A stretch of 64,000 nucleotides of DNA. Source: Spirochaetia bacterium (GTDB lineage: Bacteria > Spirochaetota > Spirochaetia > SZUA-6 > Bin103). Positions 17,948 through 27,611 of the stretch are shown here, one piece after another. Each line of letters starts with the position of its first letter. Position 1 is the first letter of the stretch. Location of the stretch: NCBI GenBank assembly GCA_965208065.1, contig OZ242313.1:619396-683395 (forward strand), given 5' to 3'. The translations under genes were made by a program, and so were the position numbers. The notes under the pieces were generated by a model. The model searched no databases, was not told where the DNA came from, and was given only the letters and a program-made list of their open reading frames with translations.

Positions 17948-18916
17948 TCAGTTTGCGGGTCGTGCGGCGTGCTCCACCGCGGCGGCGAGCAGCCGGCGCG
18001 CTTCGCCGTCGAGGCGCAGATTCGTGGCTTGCGCGGCCTGCTCGATCTGGCGCGGTGTGCGGGCGCCTACCAGCACGCCGCGCACGGCGGGGTGGCTCGC
18101 TGCCCAGGCAATGGCGAGTTGTTCGGCGCGGACGCCGCGCTCGGCGGCGCACCGGCGCAGCGCGGCGGCGGCCTGCAGGTTGCGCGCCAGCAGCGGTTCG
18201 TTGAAGGCGGCGGCGCGGGTGCGCCAATCGTCGCCGGGCAGGCGGCGGCGCCGGCGTGCGTCGAATGCCTCGGTCAGGATGCCGGAGGCGAGCGGGCTGT
18301 AGGCCAGCGCCGCTACCCCGAGGTGCGCGCAGCGCGGCAGCAGTTCCGGTTCGGCGGTGCGGTCGAGCAGGTGGTAGGGGAGCTGCAGGGTCGCAACCGG
18401 GCGCGCGGTGTGGAGGCGCTCCAGGTCGCCGGTTGCCAGGTTGCACACGCCGCCGGCCACCACCTTGCCCTGCTCTACGAGGCGCCCGATCGACTCCCAG
18501 GCGGCGTCGATGTCGCAGTCGGGGCCCGGCCAGTGCACCTGATACAGGTCGATGCGGTCGGTGCGCAGGCGGCGCAGACTGGCCTCGACCTCGTCGAACA
18601 CGCTCGCCGCGGTGAGCCGCGGATAGGGCCGCCGGCTGCCCGGCTGCCACAGGAAGCCGCACTTGGTCGCCAGCCGTACCCGCGGCCGCAGGCCGTGCGC
18701 GGCGAGCGTGCGCCCGACCACCTCCTCGGCGTACCCGACTCCGTACACGGGGGCGGTGTCGATCCAGTCGATGCCCAAATCCACGGCGCGCACGATGGTG
18801 GCCGCGGAGCGGGCTTCGTCCTGGCGCCCCCAGGAGTAGCGCCAGCCCTGCCCGCCCATCGCCCAGGTGCCGAGGCCGATCGGCGACCAATCGGACGCCG
18901 GCGCGGTGTCCGTCAT
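17948..18916 (-). CDS. Aldo/keto reductase family oxidoreductase.
   Basis: GLGTWAMGG...IDTAPVYG...LYQVHWP AKR signatures. Confidence 0.8.
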   Translation of the reverse strand: MTDTAPASDWSPIGLGTWAMGGQGWRYSWGRQDEARSAATIVRAVDLGIDWIDTAPVYGVGYAEEVVGRTLAAHGLRPRVRLATKCGFLWQPGSRRPYPRLTAASVFDEVEASLRRLRTDRIDLYQVHWPGPDCDIDAAWESIGRLVEQGKVVAGGVCNLATGDLERLHTARPVATLQLPYHLLDRTAEPELLPRCAHLGVAALAYSPLASGILTEAFDARRRRRLPGDDWRTRAAAFNEPLLARNLQAAAALRRCAAERGVRAEQLAIAWAASHPAVRGVLVGARTPRQIEQAAQATNLRLDGEARRLLAAAVEHAARPAN

Positions 18917-21123
18917 CGCGCGCCCCGGGCGTCGGCGACGCGCTCGGCGAGGGCGGAGTGGCGCTCCCGGTCGGCGCCGCGCCGCACCGCGATGGAGACC
19001 GCCATCTCGCTGCCGACCACCACCACCAGGCGCTTGCCGCGCGTCACCGCGGTGTACAGCAGATTGCGGCGCAGCATGACGAAGTGCTGGGTGTGCACCG
19101 GAACCACCACGGCGGGAAACTCGCTTCCCTGCGAGCGGTGAATGGAGATCGCATAGGCGAGCACCAGGTCGTCGCGTTCGGGGCCGCCGTATTCCACGTC
19201 GCGGCCGCCGAAGTCGACCCGCACCGCGCCGGCGTCCGCATCCACGTGGATCACCTGGCCGATGTCGCCGTTGAACACCTCAAGCTGGTAGTTGTTGCGG
19301 GTCTGCAGCACGCGGTCGCCGGCGCGCAGCCGGCCCGCCGCACCGTCGCCGGCCGCGCCCGCGGCGGCAGGATTGAGGCGGTCGCGCAGCCGCGCATTCA
19401 GTTGTACGGTGCCGAGCGGGCCGCGGTTCATCGGCGACAGCACCTGGATGTCGTGGCGCGGGTCGAGCCCGAAACGGCGCGGTATGCGGCTGGTGACGAC
19501 GCGCTCGAGCGTGTCGGCCACCTGCTCCGGCTCACGCCGCGCGATGAAGTAGAAATCCTCGCCGGCGGCGGACAGCTCGGCGGGATCGAACTCGCCGCGA
19601 TTGATGGCGTGCGCGGCGCGCACGATCTGGCTGGCCGCCGACTGGCGGAACACCTCGGCGAGGCGCACCGTGGGAATGGCCGCGATCTGCGCCAAGTCGG
19701 CCAACACGGCGCCGGCGCCGACCGACGGGAGCTGGTCGGCATCGCCCACGAACAACACCCGGCAGCGGTCGGGGATGGCGTCGAGCAGCGCGGCCAGCAA
19801 CATGACGTCGACCATCGATGCCTCGTCGATCACCACCAGGTCGGTGGCCAGCGGGTGGTCGCGGGTGCGGGTAAAGGTGCCGTCGCGCGGGCTGAACTCC
19901 AGCAGCCGGTGGATGGTGCTGGCCGCCATGCCGGTCGACTCCTCCAGCCGCTTGGCGGCGCGTCCGGTGGGGGCGGCCAGCGCAACGCGCGCCCGGATGC
20001 GGCTGAAACTGGCGGCAATCCAGCGCACCAGCGTGGTCTTGCCGGTGCCGGGGCCGCCGGTGAGCACGCCCACCTTGCTGCGCAGCAGGCGCGCCGCGGC
20101 GGCCTGCTGCGCGGGCGACAGTTCGATTCCGGTATCGCCGGCGACCGCGGCGACGGCTGCGTCCGGGCCGCGGGCGGGCGCGGCCAGCAGCGCGGCGAGG
20201 CGGGCGGCGGCGCGGGTCTCGGCGCCCGCCAGGTGGGGAAGGTAGCGCGCCGCGACCGTGCCGCCGGGCTGGCCGGCGGCCGGCAGCTCCATGCACACCA
20301 TGCGCCCCTCCCGGCACAGGTCGCTTAGCGCCGCCAGCACCTTGCGCTGATCGGTGAGGCCGGTCAGCTCGGCGGTGCGCTCGCGCAGGTCGGGCTCGGG
20401 CAGGAACACGTCGCCCTCGCTCGCGGCCGCGCCGAGCTGGTGCAGGGCGGCGGCCTGGATGCGCTGCGCCGAGTCCGGGGCAATGCCGAGCTGGGCGGCG
20501 ATGCGGTCGGCGGTGTGGAATCCCATGCCCGGCACGTGGCTGGCCAGCCGGAACGGGTCGTCCTGCAGCACCGCCCGCGCGCGGGCGCCGAACTGCCGGT
20601 AGATGCGCCGGGCGTGGGCGGCGGAGATGCCGTACGACTGCAGGAACAGCATGGTGCCGCGCTGTTCGTGCTGCTCGTGCCAGGCGCGCGCCACCTGCTT
20701 GGCGCGGGCGGCGCCGATGCCGGGCACCTCGCGCAGCCGGGCGCTGGCGTGGTCGAGCACCTCCAGGGTCTTGAGCCCGAAGTGGCCGACGATGCGGCGC
20801 GCGAAGCCGGGCCCTATGCCCGGCACCATCCCGGAACCGAGGTACTGCTCCAGGCCGGCCACCGTGCGCGGCGCGACGGTGGCGTAGGAGTGCGCCTCGA
20901 ACCGGCGTCCGTACCTGGCGTGATCGACCCAGTTGCCGGCCAGGCGCACCGTTTCGCCGGGCTTGATGCCGAGCAGGTTGCCGACCGCAACCGCCTCGGC
21001 GCCGGCCTCCGTCTGCTGCAGGACCAGCACGGCAAAGCCGCTGTCCTCCTGCTCGTACACCACCCGGCTCACGCTTCCCTCCAGGGTCACGCGCGGGCTG
21101 TCACCGGGGGCGGGTCGCGGCAC
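18913..21123 (-). CDS. recD2: RecD2-type ATP-dependent DNA helicase (RecD-like with an N-terminal extension).
   Basis: Walker A GGPGTGKTT, VIDEASMVD, and a C-terminal IHRSQGSEF...VTRGKR. There is a long N-terminal domain with HhH-like segments. Confidence 0.85.
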   Translation of the reverse strand: MPRPAPGDSPRVTLEGSVSRVVYEQEDSGFAVLVLQQTEAGAEAVAVGNLLGIKPGETVRLAGNWVDHARYGRRFEAHSYATVAPRTVAGLEQYLGSGMVPGIGPGFARRIVGHFGLKTLEVLDHASARLREVPGIGAARAKQVARAWHEQHEQRGTMLFLQSYGISAAHARRIYRQFGARARAVLQDDPFRLASHVPGMGFHTADRIAAQLGIAPDSAQRIQAAALHQLGAAASEGDVFLPEPDLRERTAELTGLTDQRKVLAALSDLCREGRMVCMELPAAGQPGGTVAARYLPHLAGAETRAAARLAALLAAPARGPDAAVAAVAGDTGIELSPAQQAAAARLLRSKVGVLTGGPGTGKTTLVRWIAASFSRIRARVALAAPTGRAAKRLEESTGMAASTIHRLLEFSPRDGTFTRTRDHPLATDLVVIDEASMVDVMLLAALLDAIPDRCRVLFVGDADQLPSVGAGAVLADLAQIAAIPTVRLAEVFRQSAASQIVRAAHAINRGEFDPAELSAAGEDFYFIARREPEQVADTLERVVTSRIPRRFGLDPRHDIQVLSPMNRGPLGTVQLNARLRDRLNPAAAGAAGDGAAGRLRAGDRVLQTRNNYQLEVFNGDIGQVIHVDADAGAVRVDFGGRDVEYGGPERDDLVLAYAISIHRSQGSEFPAVVVPVHTQHFVMLRRNLLYTAVTRGKRLVVVVGSEMAVSIAVRRGADRERHSALAERVADARGAR

Positions 21124-21148
21124 GGCGCGGGGCGGCGACGCCGGGGGC

Positions 21149-21994
21149 CTAGTTCGCTTTGCGCCGCGCGGTGATACCGAGCAGCTCGATCATGAAGGCG
21201 CTCAGGTCATGGTCCCCGGCCCGGCGGTAGGCGTGGTTGAGGTTGTGCAGCACGCGCTGCACGGTGCGCACCGGGTCGGAGCCGTTGCGCAGCATCTGCA
21301 GTTGGCGCAGGTTGGCGGGCGAGCGGGAGAGCAGCTTGCCCGCCTCCACCACGCGGCCGCGATCGAAGCAGTCGACCAGCACGATGCGCTTGTCGTGGAT
21401 GACGCGCGCCAGAAAGTGGTTCGGCACATTGCAGCCCTGGATGTCCAGGCCGAGGCGGCGCCCGACCAGCATGTAGACTGCCACCAGGCTGATCGGAATT
21501 CCGCGCTTGGAAAGCACGACCGAGATCAGGTTGCTGTTGAGCGGATTGTAGAAATCGTCGCGGTTGCCGCTCAGTCCAACCTCTTCGAACAGAAACTTGG
21601 CCAAGCCGAACGCATCCGGGGTGAGGCCGGATCCGCGAAAGTCGTCGGCGAGATCGTCGAGCAGGTCCCCGGGGGAGAGCGGGAATTCGACACCGAGCTG
21701 GAACCGGGCGAGCAGGCTCAGGGCGGCCTCAATGCGGGGGCGCCGGCCCTCCACCGCCGCCCAACTCGGCCACCGCTCGCGCAGCCACGCCTTGCGCTGC
21801 CTGGCCAGCACCCGCCGCAGGGCGTCGTGCTGATCGGCATTCAGTTCGGGCAGGTGTGGCTCGGCGAGCAATTCCAGGTCGGCGCCCAGTACCTCGAGGG
21901 TGTCCATCACCCGCCGCCGCACGGCCGCGGTGTCGTCGTCGAGCAACTGCAGCAGGTAGGGAACCTGGCTGCGAGTGTCGTCGTCGTTCTTCAT
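21149..21994 (-). CDS. SirB1/YchA-family transglutaminase-like protein.
   Basis: DFYNPLNSNLISVVLSKRGIPISLVAVYMLVGRRLGLDIQGCNVPNHFLAR matches the SirB1 N-terminal/transglutaminase-like core. Confidence 0.6.
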   Translation of the reverse strand: MKNDDDTRSQVPYLLQLLDDDTAAVRRRVMDTLEVLGADLELLAEPHLPELNADQHDALRRVLARQRKAWLRERWPSWAAVEGRRPRIEAALSLLARFQLGVEFPLSPGDLLDDLADDFRGSGLTPDAFGLAKFLFEEVGLSGNRDDFYNPLNSNLISVVLSKRGIPISLVAVYMLVGRRLGLDIQGCNVPNHFLARVIHDKRIVLVDCFDRGRVVEAGKLLSRSPANLRQLQMLRNGSDPVRTVQRVLHNLNHAYRRAGDHDLSAFMIELLGITARRKAN

Positions 21995-22067
21995 CTCCGC
22001 TAAGGACAGAGCCTACTCCCGCGGCAGCGCGAAATCAAGGGCGCGGGCGCAGCCGATCGTGGCCGCG

Positions 22068-22535
22068 TCAATCGGGCAGGTACGCTTCCAGGTCTTTCTC
22101 GATTTCGGCTTCGCTGAACCCGAGCTTGCGGTCGTAGCGGATGGTCTTGGCGACGCGGCGGTCGCGGTCGGGCGAACGCACGTAACTTTTCGGCAGCAGT
22201 CCCTTGGCCAGCGCCTCGTCGACCAGTTCGGCCGTCCGTTCGGCGGTCATCAGGTAGCGATCGTTGAAGTGGCGCATGGCGAGCGCGCACCAGCGCAGCA
22301 GTGCAAAGGTGACGGCGGACGACACGACCGCGATGACGATGTCCTGGATCCGGATCGAGGTGCTCTTGCCCTCCCAGCCGATGCCGGCGCCGATCGCCAG
22401 CGAGGCCAGCACGCTGAACGACAGCAGCCAGGTCGCCAGCCGCCAGCGCCGCCAGTAGGCGCGGTGGGCGGTCACGGTCAGCGGGTATTGATTGCCGGGG
22501 GCGGTGGGCCGGCCGGCCACAATTGCCTGTCTCAC
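22068..22535 (-). CDS. Hypothetical small membrane protein (two predicted transmembrane helices).
   Basis: Hydrophobic segments WLLSFSVLASLAIGAGIG and IVIAVVSSAVTFALL. No recognisable family. Confidence 0.35.
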   Translation of the reverse strand: MRQAIVAGRPTAPGNQYPLTVTAHRAYWRRWRLATWLLSFSVLASLAIGAGIGWEGKSTSIRIQDIVIAVVSSAVTFALLRWCALAMRHFNDRYLMTAERTAELVDEALAKGLLPKSYVRSPDRDRRVAKTIRYDRKLGFSEAEIEKDLEAYLPD

Positions 22536-22633
22536 AGCCGCAAGTCCTCACTGCAAGGTACTGCGAACGCGGTCCGTCCGCCACTGTCCCCGCCGGCCGC
22601 GCCGAGGCGCCGGCCCCGCGCCGTCCGGTGCGC

Positions 22634-24664
22634 TCAAAACCGGACCACCGAGAGCAGGCCGGTGGTCAGAAACGGCGCATAGGTAATTACCAGCACCACG
22701 ACAAGCAGAACCAGCAGGAACGGCACCACGGTCCGGTAGACGCTCACCAGGTCCTTGTCGAAGCGGTAGGAGGACAGGAACAGGTTGATGCCCACCGGCG
22801 GCGTGAGGTAGCCCAACTCCAGGTTGGCCAGGAAGATGATGCCCAGGTGAACGGGGTGGATGCCGTACGAGACACCGAGCGGGATCAGCAGCGGCCCGAG
22901 CACCACGATGGCGGAGAAGATGTCCATCAGGGCGCCCGCCACCAGCAGGGTGAGGTTGAGCAGGATCAGGAACAGCAGCGGCGAGCTGATCGCGCCGCTC
23001 GCCCACGCCGCCAGGCTGGTGGGCACCTCGGCGTCCACCATGAAGTAGGACAGGCCCTTGGCGAGGGCGAGAATGACCATTATGCCGCCGATGATCGGCG
23101 TGCACTTGGCGAGCACGCGCGGCAGGGAGCGCAGGGGAATGTCGCGGTGCACCAGCGTCTCCACCAGCAGGACGTAGAGGGTGGCTGCCGCCGCCGTTTC
23201 CACCAACGAGGTGACGCCGCCGAAGTAGAGCGCCACCACCACCACCGGCAGAGCCAGTTCCCAGGCCGCGCCGCGCGCCGCCAGCAGGGCCGGACGCAGG
23301 TGGAAGCGGGGCCGGTCGCCGCCGGTGCCGGGTGCGGCGTCGGTGCGGCGCCGGAGCGCCTGGAAGATGCCGAGCGCGGCCAGGGCGAGCACCATCAGCA
23401 CGCCCGGTACGAAGCCGCCCACGAACAGCTGGCGGATGTCGATCTGGGCGATGACGCCGTACATGATGATCGGCAGGGCGGGCGGGAACAGCAGCCCGAT
23501 GCTGCCGGCGGCCGTCAGCAGGCCGATGCTGAACTGTTCGCGGTAGCCGTTGCGCTGCAGCATGTACAGCAGCAGTCCGCCGAGGGCGAGGATGGTGACC
23601 CCGGAGGCGCCGGTGAAGGTGGTGAAGAATGCGCACAGCAGCACCGCCATCACCGCCAGACCGCCGCGGAACCAGCTGAACCAGGCCTGGAACAGGGTGA
23701 TAAGGCGTTCTCCCGCCTTGCTCTCGGAGAGAATGAAGCCCGCTACCGTGAACAGCGGGAGCGCCGGCACCAGCGGCTGCGACAGCATGGCGTAGGCCTC
23801 GTCCGGCACCACCTCCAGGGCACCGCCGGAGCCCAGGAACTGCAGCAGCGTGAAGCCGCTCAGGATCACGAAGATGGGCGTGCCAATAAACGCCGAGGCG
23901 ACCAGCACCAGCACCAGCGGCAGGCGCGCCGCGGCGGCGACGGCGGCCACCGCGTCGACCAGGGCGTAGCTGGGGAAATAGCCGGGCACGGCTACCTGCA
24001 GCGCGTTGACCAGCGGCCCGACGCCGATCAGCAGCCCGGTGGGAATGGCGAGCAGGACCGCCGCGCGCGCCACCGGTTGGCGAAACCCGTGGACCACGAA
24101 ATGCGCGGTCATGCCGGCAAACCCGAGCGGCAGAACCGCGACGGCAAACTGAATCGGCACTCCGCCCACGTCCTGGCTGGGATCGAACGCGATCAGCACC
24201 AGCGACAGGGCGCTGACCGCCAGGGCGGTAGTGACCACCACCGATATCGCGCTGGCGGCCGCTCGTACCCGCGCACCCCACGGGTCCGGCAACTGGTGGA
24301 GGCCGCTGGACAGGGCGAGATGGGACCCCTGGCGGGTGGTCACGACGCCGCCGAGCAGCGCCACCCACAGGGTGAGGTGGCGGACGTACTCGCCGCTGGC
24401 GGCAAGCCCGCCGCCGAACAGCAGGCGCAGCACGGCGGCGGCGGTGGGCAGCGCCGCCAGCAGCACCAGCGCCGTGGTGACGGTGCCGTTTTCCAGGCGC
24501 GCGAGCAGGGTGCGGGGGGCGGCCGGTTCACCGACCGCCGCGTGCGCCGCGAGCGGCGACTGCGGATCTCCCGGCACCGGAGCACCCGGAACCGCCAGGT
24601 TACCCGCGGCCCCGGTGGCGGCGGGCTCTTGCGGCCCCGCGGACTTGTCCCGCCCCTCGGTCAC
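22634..24664 (-). CDS. TRAP transporter fused small/large permease (DctQ-DctM fusion).
   Basis: N-terminal 4-TM DctQ-like region followed by a 12-TM DctM-like region. The gene is adjacent to a DctP gene. Confidence 0.8.
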   Translation of the reverse strand: MTEGRDKSAGPQEPAATGAAGNLAVPGAPVPGDPQSPLAAHAAVGEPAAPRTLLARLENGTVTTALVLLAALPTAAAVLRLLFGGGLAASGEYVRHLTLWVALLGGVVTTRQGSHLALSSGLHQLPDPWGARVRAAASAISVVVTTALAVSALSLVLIAFDPSQDVGGVPIQFAVAVLPLGFAGMTAHFVVHGFRQPVARAAVLLAIPTGLLIGVGPLVNALQVAVPGYFPSYALVDAVAAVAAAARLPLVLVLVASAFIGTPIFVILSGFTLLQFLGSGGALEVVPDEAYAMLSQPLVPALPLFTVAGFILSESKAGERLITLFQAWFSWFRGGLAVMAVLLCAFFTTFTGASGVTILALGGLLLYMLQRNGYREQFSIGLLTAAGSIGLLFPPALPIIMYGVIAQIDIRQLFVGGFVPGVLMVLALAALGIFQALRRRTDAAPGTGGDRPRFHLRPALLAARGAAWELALPVVVVALYFGGVTSLVETAAAATLYVLLVETLVHRDIPLRSLPRVLAKCTPIIGGIMVILALAKGLSYFMVDAEVPTSLAAWASGAISSPLLFLILLNLTLLVAGALMDIFSAIVVLGPLLIPLGVSYGIHPVHLGIIFLANLELGYLTPPVGINLFLSSYRFDKDLVSVYRTVVPFLLVLLVVVLVITYAPFLTTGLLSVVRF

Positions 24665-24794
24665 CCGCGGCCCTCCCGGGCTGCTTCGGTCGCCGACAGC
24701 CGGTAGCGCAACACCCGCTGCACTCGAGCGGCGCTCTCGGCGTGGCGCCGGGTTCCACCGCGGGACACCGGCAGCTCCGTCGTCAGTTCAGTTG

Positions 24795-25841
24795 TCAGTT
24801 GCTGCCCCCGCGGGCGCGGTAGGCGTTGACCTTCTCGATAACCAGATCGTACGCCTCCGGATCGATCTCGTCGCCGATCAGGTCGCCGAAGTAGCGCCCG
24901 ATGATGTCCGTGAACTCCTGCTCCAGCTCGGCGGTCGCCTCGTGCACCTGCAAGCCGTGGGCAACCATGACGTGTACCGCCAGGTCGTCCATCTCGTAGG
25001 CGCCCTCGCTGACTCGCTGCGCGGCGACGGTGGCGGCGCGCATCAGGCGCGGGCGCAGGTCGGCGGGAATGCGCTGCCAGGCGCGCTTGCTGATCATCAC
25101 CGCCCCGAACAGCGGCGTGAAGCGCAAGTCGGTCATGTGCGGCACGATGCCGAACCATTGGAACGATGCCGCCCCCGAGGGGCTGGACGCCACCGCGTCG
25201 ATCATGCCGCTCTGCAACGCGGTGGTAACCTCCGCAACCGGCAGCGCCACCGGGTTGAAGCCGGCCTGCTGCCAGGCGCGCAGCACGGCCGGGCTGGCCG
25301 AACCGACCCATAGCTTATGGCGGCGCAGGTCGTCCGCGGTATGCACCGGCTCGCGCGCAAAGAACTTCACCCAGCCGATCGGCGCCCACATCAGCGGTAC
25401 GAAACCGCGCTCCTCGAGCTGCTCGTTGAAGAACGGCGTCATCTCGTCGAGGATGTTGCGCATCTCCTCGTCGGTGCGCACCAGCATCGGCTGGGCGATG
25501 GCCAGCACGCCCGGGTAAATGCTGTTGAAGCTGATCGCGGTCATCGCGGCGGCCTGCAGTTGGCCGATGCGCATCTTGCGGATCATGTCCGGCTCGTTGC
25601 CGGCAATGCCGCCGGGAAAGATCTTGACCTCGATTTCGCCGTCGGAGATGCGCGCCCAGTCGGCGGCCAGGCCGCGCAGGGCAAGATCCCACGGCGTGTT
25701 GGCGGGAGCCACGCTGCCCAGCTTGATGGTGAGCGCGGTGGCGCTGGCGGTGCAGCACAGCGCCAGCACCAGCGCCAGCAGCATGCGCCGCCGCCACCTG
25801 CCGGTGCGGTGGCGCGGTTGAACCTCGTTATAACTCAACAA
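24795..25841 (-). CDS. TRAP transporter substrate-binding protein (DctP/SiaP family).
   Basis: Signal-peptide-like N-terminus, and the DctP-family fold is implied by the sequence (PGGIAGNEPDMIRKMRIGQLQAA...). The start may instead be at the internal MLLALVLAL. Confidence 0.8.
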   Translation of the reverse strand: MLSYNEVQPRHRTGRWRRRMLLALVLALCCTASATALTIKLGSVAPANTPWDLALRGLAADWARISDGEIEVKIFPGGIAGNEPDMIRKMRIGQLQAAAMTAISFNSIYPGVLAIAQPMLVRTDEEMRNILDEMTPFFNEQLEERGFVPLMWAPIGWVKFFAREPVHTADDLRRHKLWVGSASPAVLRAWQQAGFNPVALPVAEVTTALQSGMIDAVASSPSGAASFQWFGIVPHMTDLRFTPLFGAVMISKRAWQRIPADLRPRLMRAATVAAQRVSEGAYEMDDLAVHVMVAHGLQVHEATAELEQEFTDIIGRYFGDLIGDEIDPEAYDLVIEKVNAYRARGGSN

Positions 25842-26808
25842 ACAGATCCTCCATGTGTTCGAGCAGCCAGACGGCGTACTGCTGATCGAGCGTATTTTGC
25901 AGCCGATACTGCGCCACGTCCAACTCTATGGCCAGCGCATCGTCGAGCAGGCTGCGGAACGCCTCCGCATCCTGCTGGTTGATGGCCACGCCGGCCATCG
26001 CCAGGTAGGGTCCGGTGCGCTTGTCGCCGGAAGCGGCCACGGCGCGTGCGAAGTGCTCGGCGGCGAGTTCCATGCCGCCGCCGAGGGCCGTCGCGGTACC
26101 TGCATAGTAGCGGATCAGGATGTCGTGTGCGGCACCGCCCTGGTAGCCCTCGTCCCAGCCGATTACCGTGTGCAGCATCTGAGCGGCGTACGGTGCGGTG
26201 ATCAGCAGCTCCATGTCGAACGGATCGGTGGACAGGGCGCCCAGGCACGCCGCCGCCGTCCAGTACATGAAGTCGATGCTCGAAGCATCCACCATGGCCA
26301 GCGCCCGGTCCATGGTGTCCGGCGACGCGAACAGAGCGCCGAAGCCCGGATGGCGCAGATCGAGACCGGCGAGCAGGTAGTCGCGCCCGCGCAGGTAGTG
26401 CAGCTTGGCGCGCTGCAGTTCGCTGATGCGCTGGTCGATCTCGGTTACTGCCATCTGCTCCGCCGGGCGCTGCACGAACGCATTGGCGTAGGCCACGAAG
26501 CTGCGCCCGGTGGCCAGATGCAGGCCCGGATCGTCGCGCGCCCGGGTCAGCAGAATCTCGTACAGCTTGAGGGCGAACGGCAGAGCGTCGCCGACCAGGC
26601 GCGGGTCCTGTTCGCTGGCGAACACGTCATCGTCGCCGGTTGCGCTGACCAGGTCGGTCACCGTGCGGGTGGCGAGCCGGTCGAGCGAACAGCCGGCGAG
26701 CATGGCGGCGATGCATCCGAGTACGCACAGCAGCCGGACGGCGCTGCGCCGGCCGGGGCGTCGAGTCATTGCGTGAGCGTGCGAGGCACGTGCTGCAGGT
26801 GCAGTCAT
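25828..26808 (-). CDS. TRAP-associated TatT-like TPR/helical lipoprotein.
   Basis: Lipobox (LAGC) after a signal peptide. All-helical sequence resembling the TRAP-transporter TatT component family. The ATG at 26808 overlaps the tatD stop (ATGA). An alternative start lies at 26769. Confidence 0.5.
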   Translation of the reverse strand: MTAPAARASHAHAMTRRPGRRSAVRLLCVLGCIAAMLAGCSLDRLATRTVTDLVSATGDDDVFASEQDPRLVGDALPFALKLYEILLTRARDDPGLHLATGRSFVAYANAFVQRPAEQMAVTEIDQRISELQRAKLHYLRGRDYLLAGLDLRHPGFGALFASPDTMDRALAMVDASSIDFMYWTAAACLGALSTDPFDMELLITAPYAAQMLHTVIGWDEGYQGGAAHDILIRYYAGTATALGGGMELAAEHFARAVAASGDKRTGPYLAMAGVAINQQDAEAFRSLLDDALAIELDVAQYRLQNTLDQQYAVWLLEHMEDLFVEL

Positions 26809-27611
26809 TGTACTCCTTCCGGTTGCAGGCGCGGGAACAGCCGTGCCGCGTTGCCGGTGGTTTGCAGAGCGATCTGCTCGGTGTCGGTGGCGCGCACCGC
26901 CGCCAGCCGCTCGGCGACGTGGCGCAGCAGGGCGGGCTCGTTGCGGCGCCCGCGCAGCGGCTCGGGGGCCAGGTAGGGAGCGTCGGTCTCCAGCACCAGG
27001 CGGTCGGCGGGCGCCGCCGCGGCGACCGCGCGCACCTCGTCGGCGCGGCGGAAGGTGAGCATGCCGCCGATGCCGAGGTAGAAGCCGGCGGCGAGCGCGA
27101 AGTCGGCGGCGGCGCGGCCGGCGCTGAACGCGTGCAGTACCCCGGGCGGCTGCGGCAGCTCGGCGCGCTGTCCCCAGGCGCGCAGCCGTTCCAGCAGGTT
27201 GCCGGTGGCCTCGCGGTTGTGCAGGATTACCGGCAGGCCGGTTGCCGCGGCCAGGTCGAGCTGGGCGTCCAGCCACCGCTCCTGCAGCTCCGGGGCCGGC
27301 CCGCGGTAGTAGTCGAGGCCGATTTCGCCGATGGCGACCACCGCCGGGTCGCCGGTCAGTGCCCGCAGTTCGGGCATGACCCGGTCCGGGTCGCCCGCCT
27401 TCTCGCACCACAGCGGATGGATGCCCACCGCGACGCCGATGCCGGGGTAGCGCGCGGCCAGGCCGACGGCGGCGCGCGCGCTCGCCAGTCCGGTGGCCGG
27501 GATCAGCACGCCGGTTACGCCGGCCGCCGCGGCGCGCTCCAGCACCTGCTCGCGGTCGTCCGCGAAGCGGTCGTCGTTTAGGTGGCAGTGGGTGTCGACG
27601 AAACCGTTCAC
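26805..27611 (-). CDS. tatD: TatD-family metal-dependent hydrolase (DNase).
   Basis: VDTHCHL...GIHP...GEIGLDY...LETDAPYL motifs. The GTG start at 27611 overlaps the upstream stop (GTGA). The Arg-rich 109-aa ORF extension was rejected. Confidence 0.8.
   Translation of the reverse strand: MNGFVDTHCHLNDDRFADDREQVLERAAAAGVTGVLIPATGLASARAAVGLAARYPGIGVAVGIHPLWCEKAGDPDRVMPELRALTGDPAVVAIGEIGLDYYRGPAPELQERWLDAQLDLAAATGLPVILHNREATGNLLERLRAWGQRAELPQPPGVLHAFSAGRAAADFALAAGFYLGIGGMLTFRRADEVRAVAAAAPADRLVLETDAPYLAPEPLRGRRNEPALLRHVAERLAAVRATDTEQIALQTTGNAARLFPRLQPEGVQ

Noticed and set aside
22523-24706. 727-aa plus-strand ORF, and the alternative-frame ORF 22548-24368 on the minus strand
   Set aside because: They lie opposite to, or out of frame with, the TRAP DctQM permease, which has a coherent transmembrane topology. 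Their composition is R/G/H-rich.
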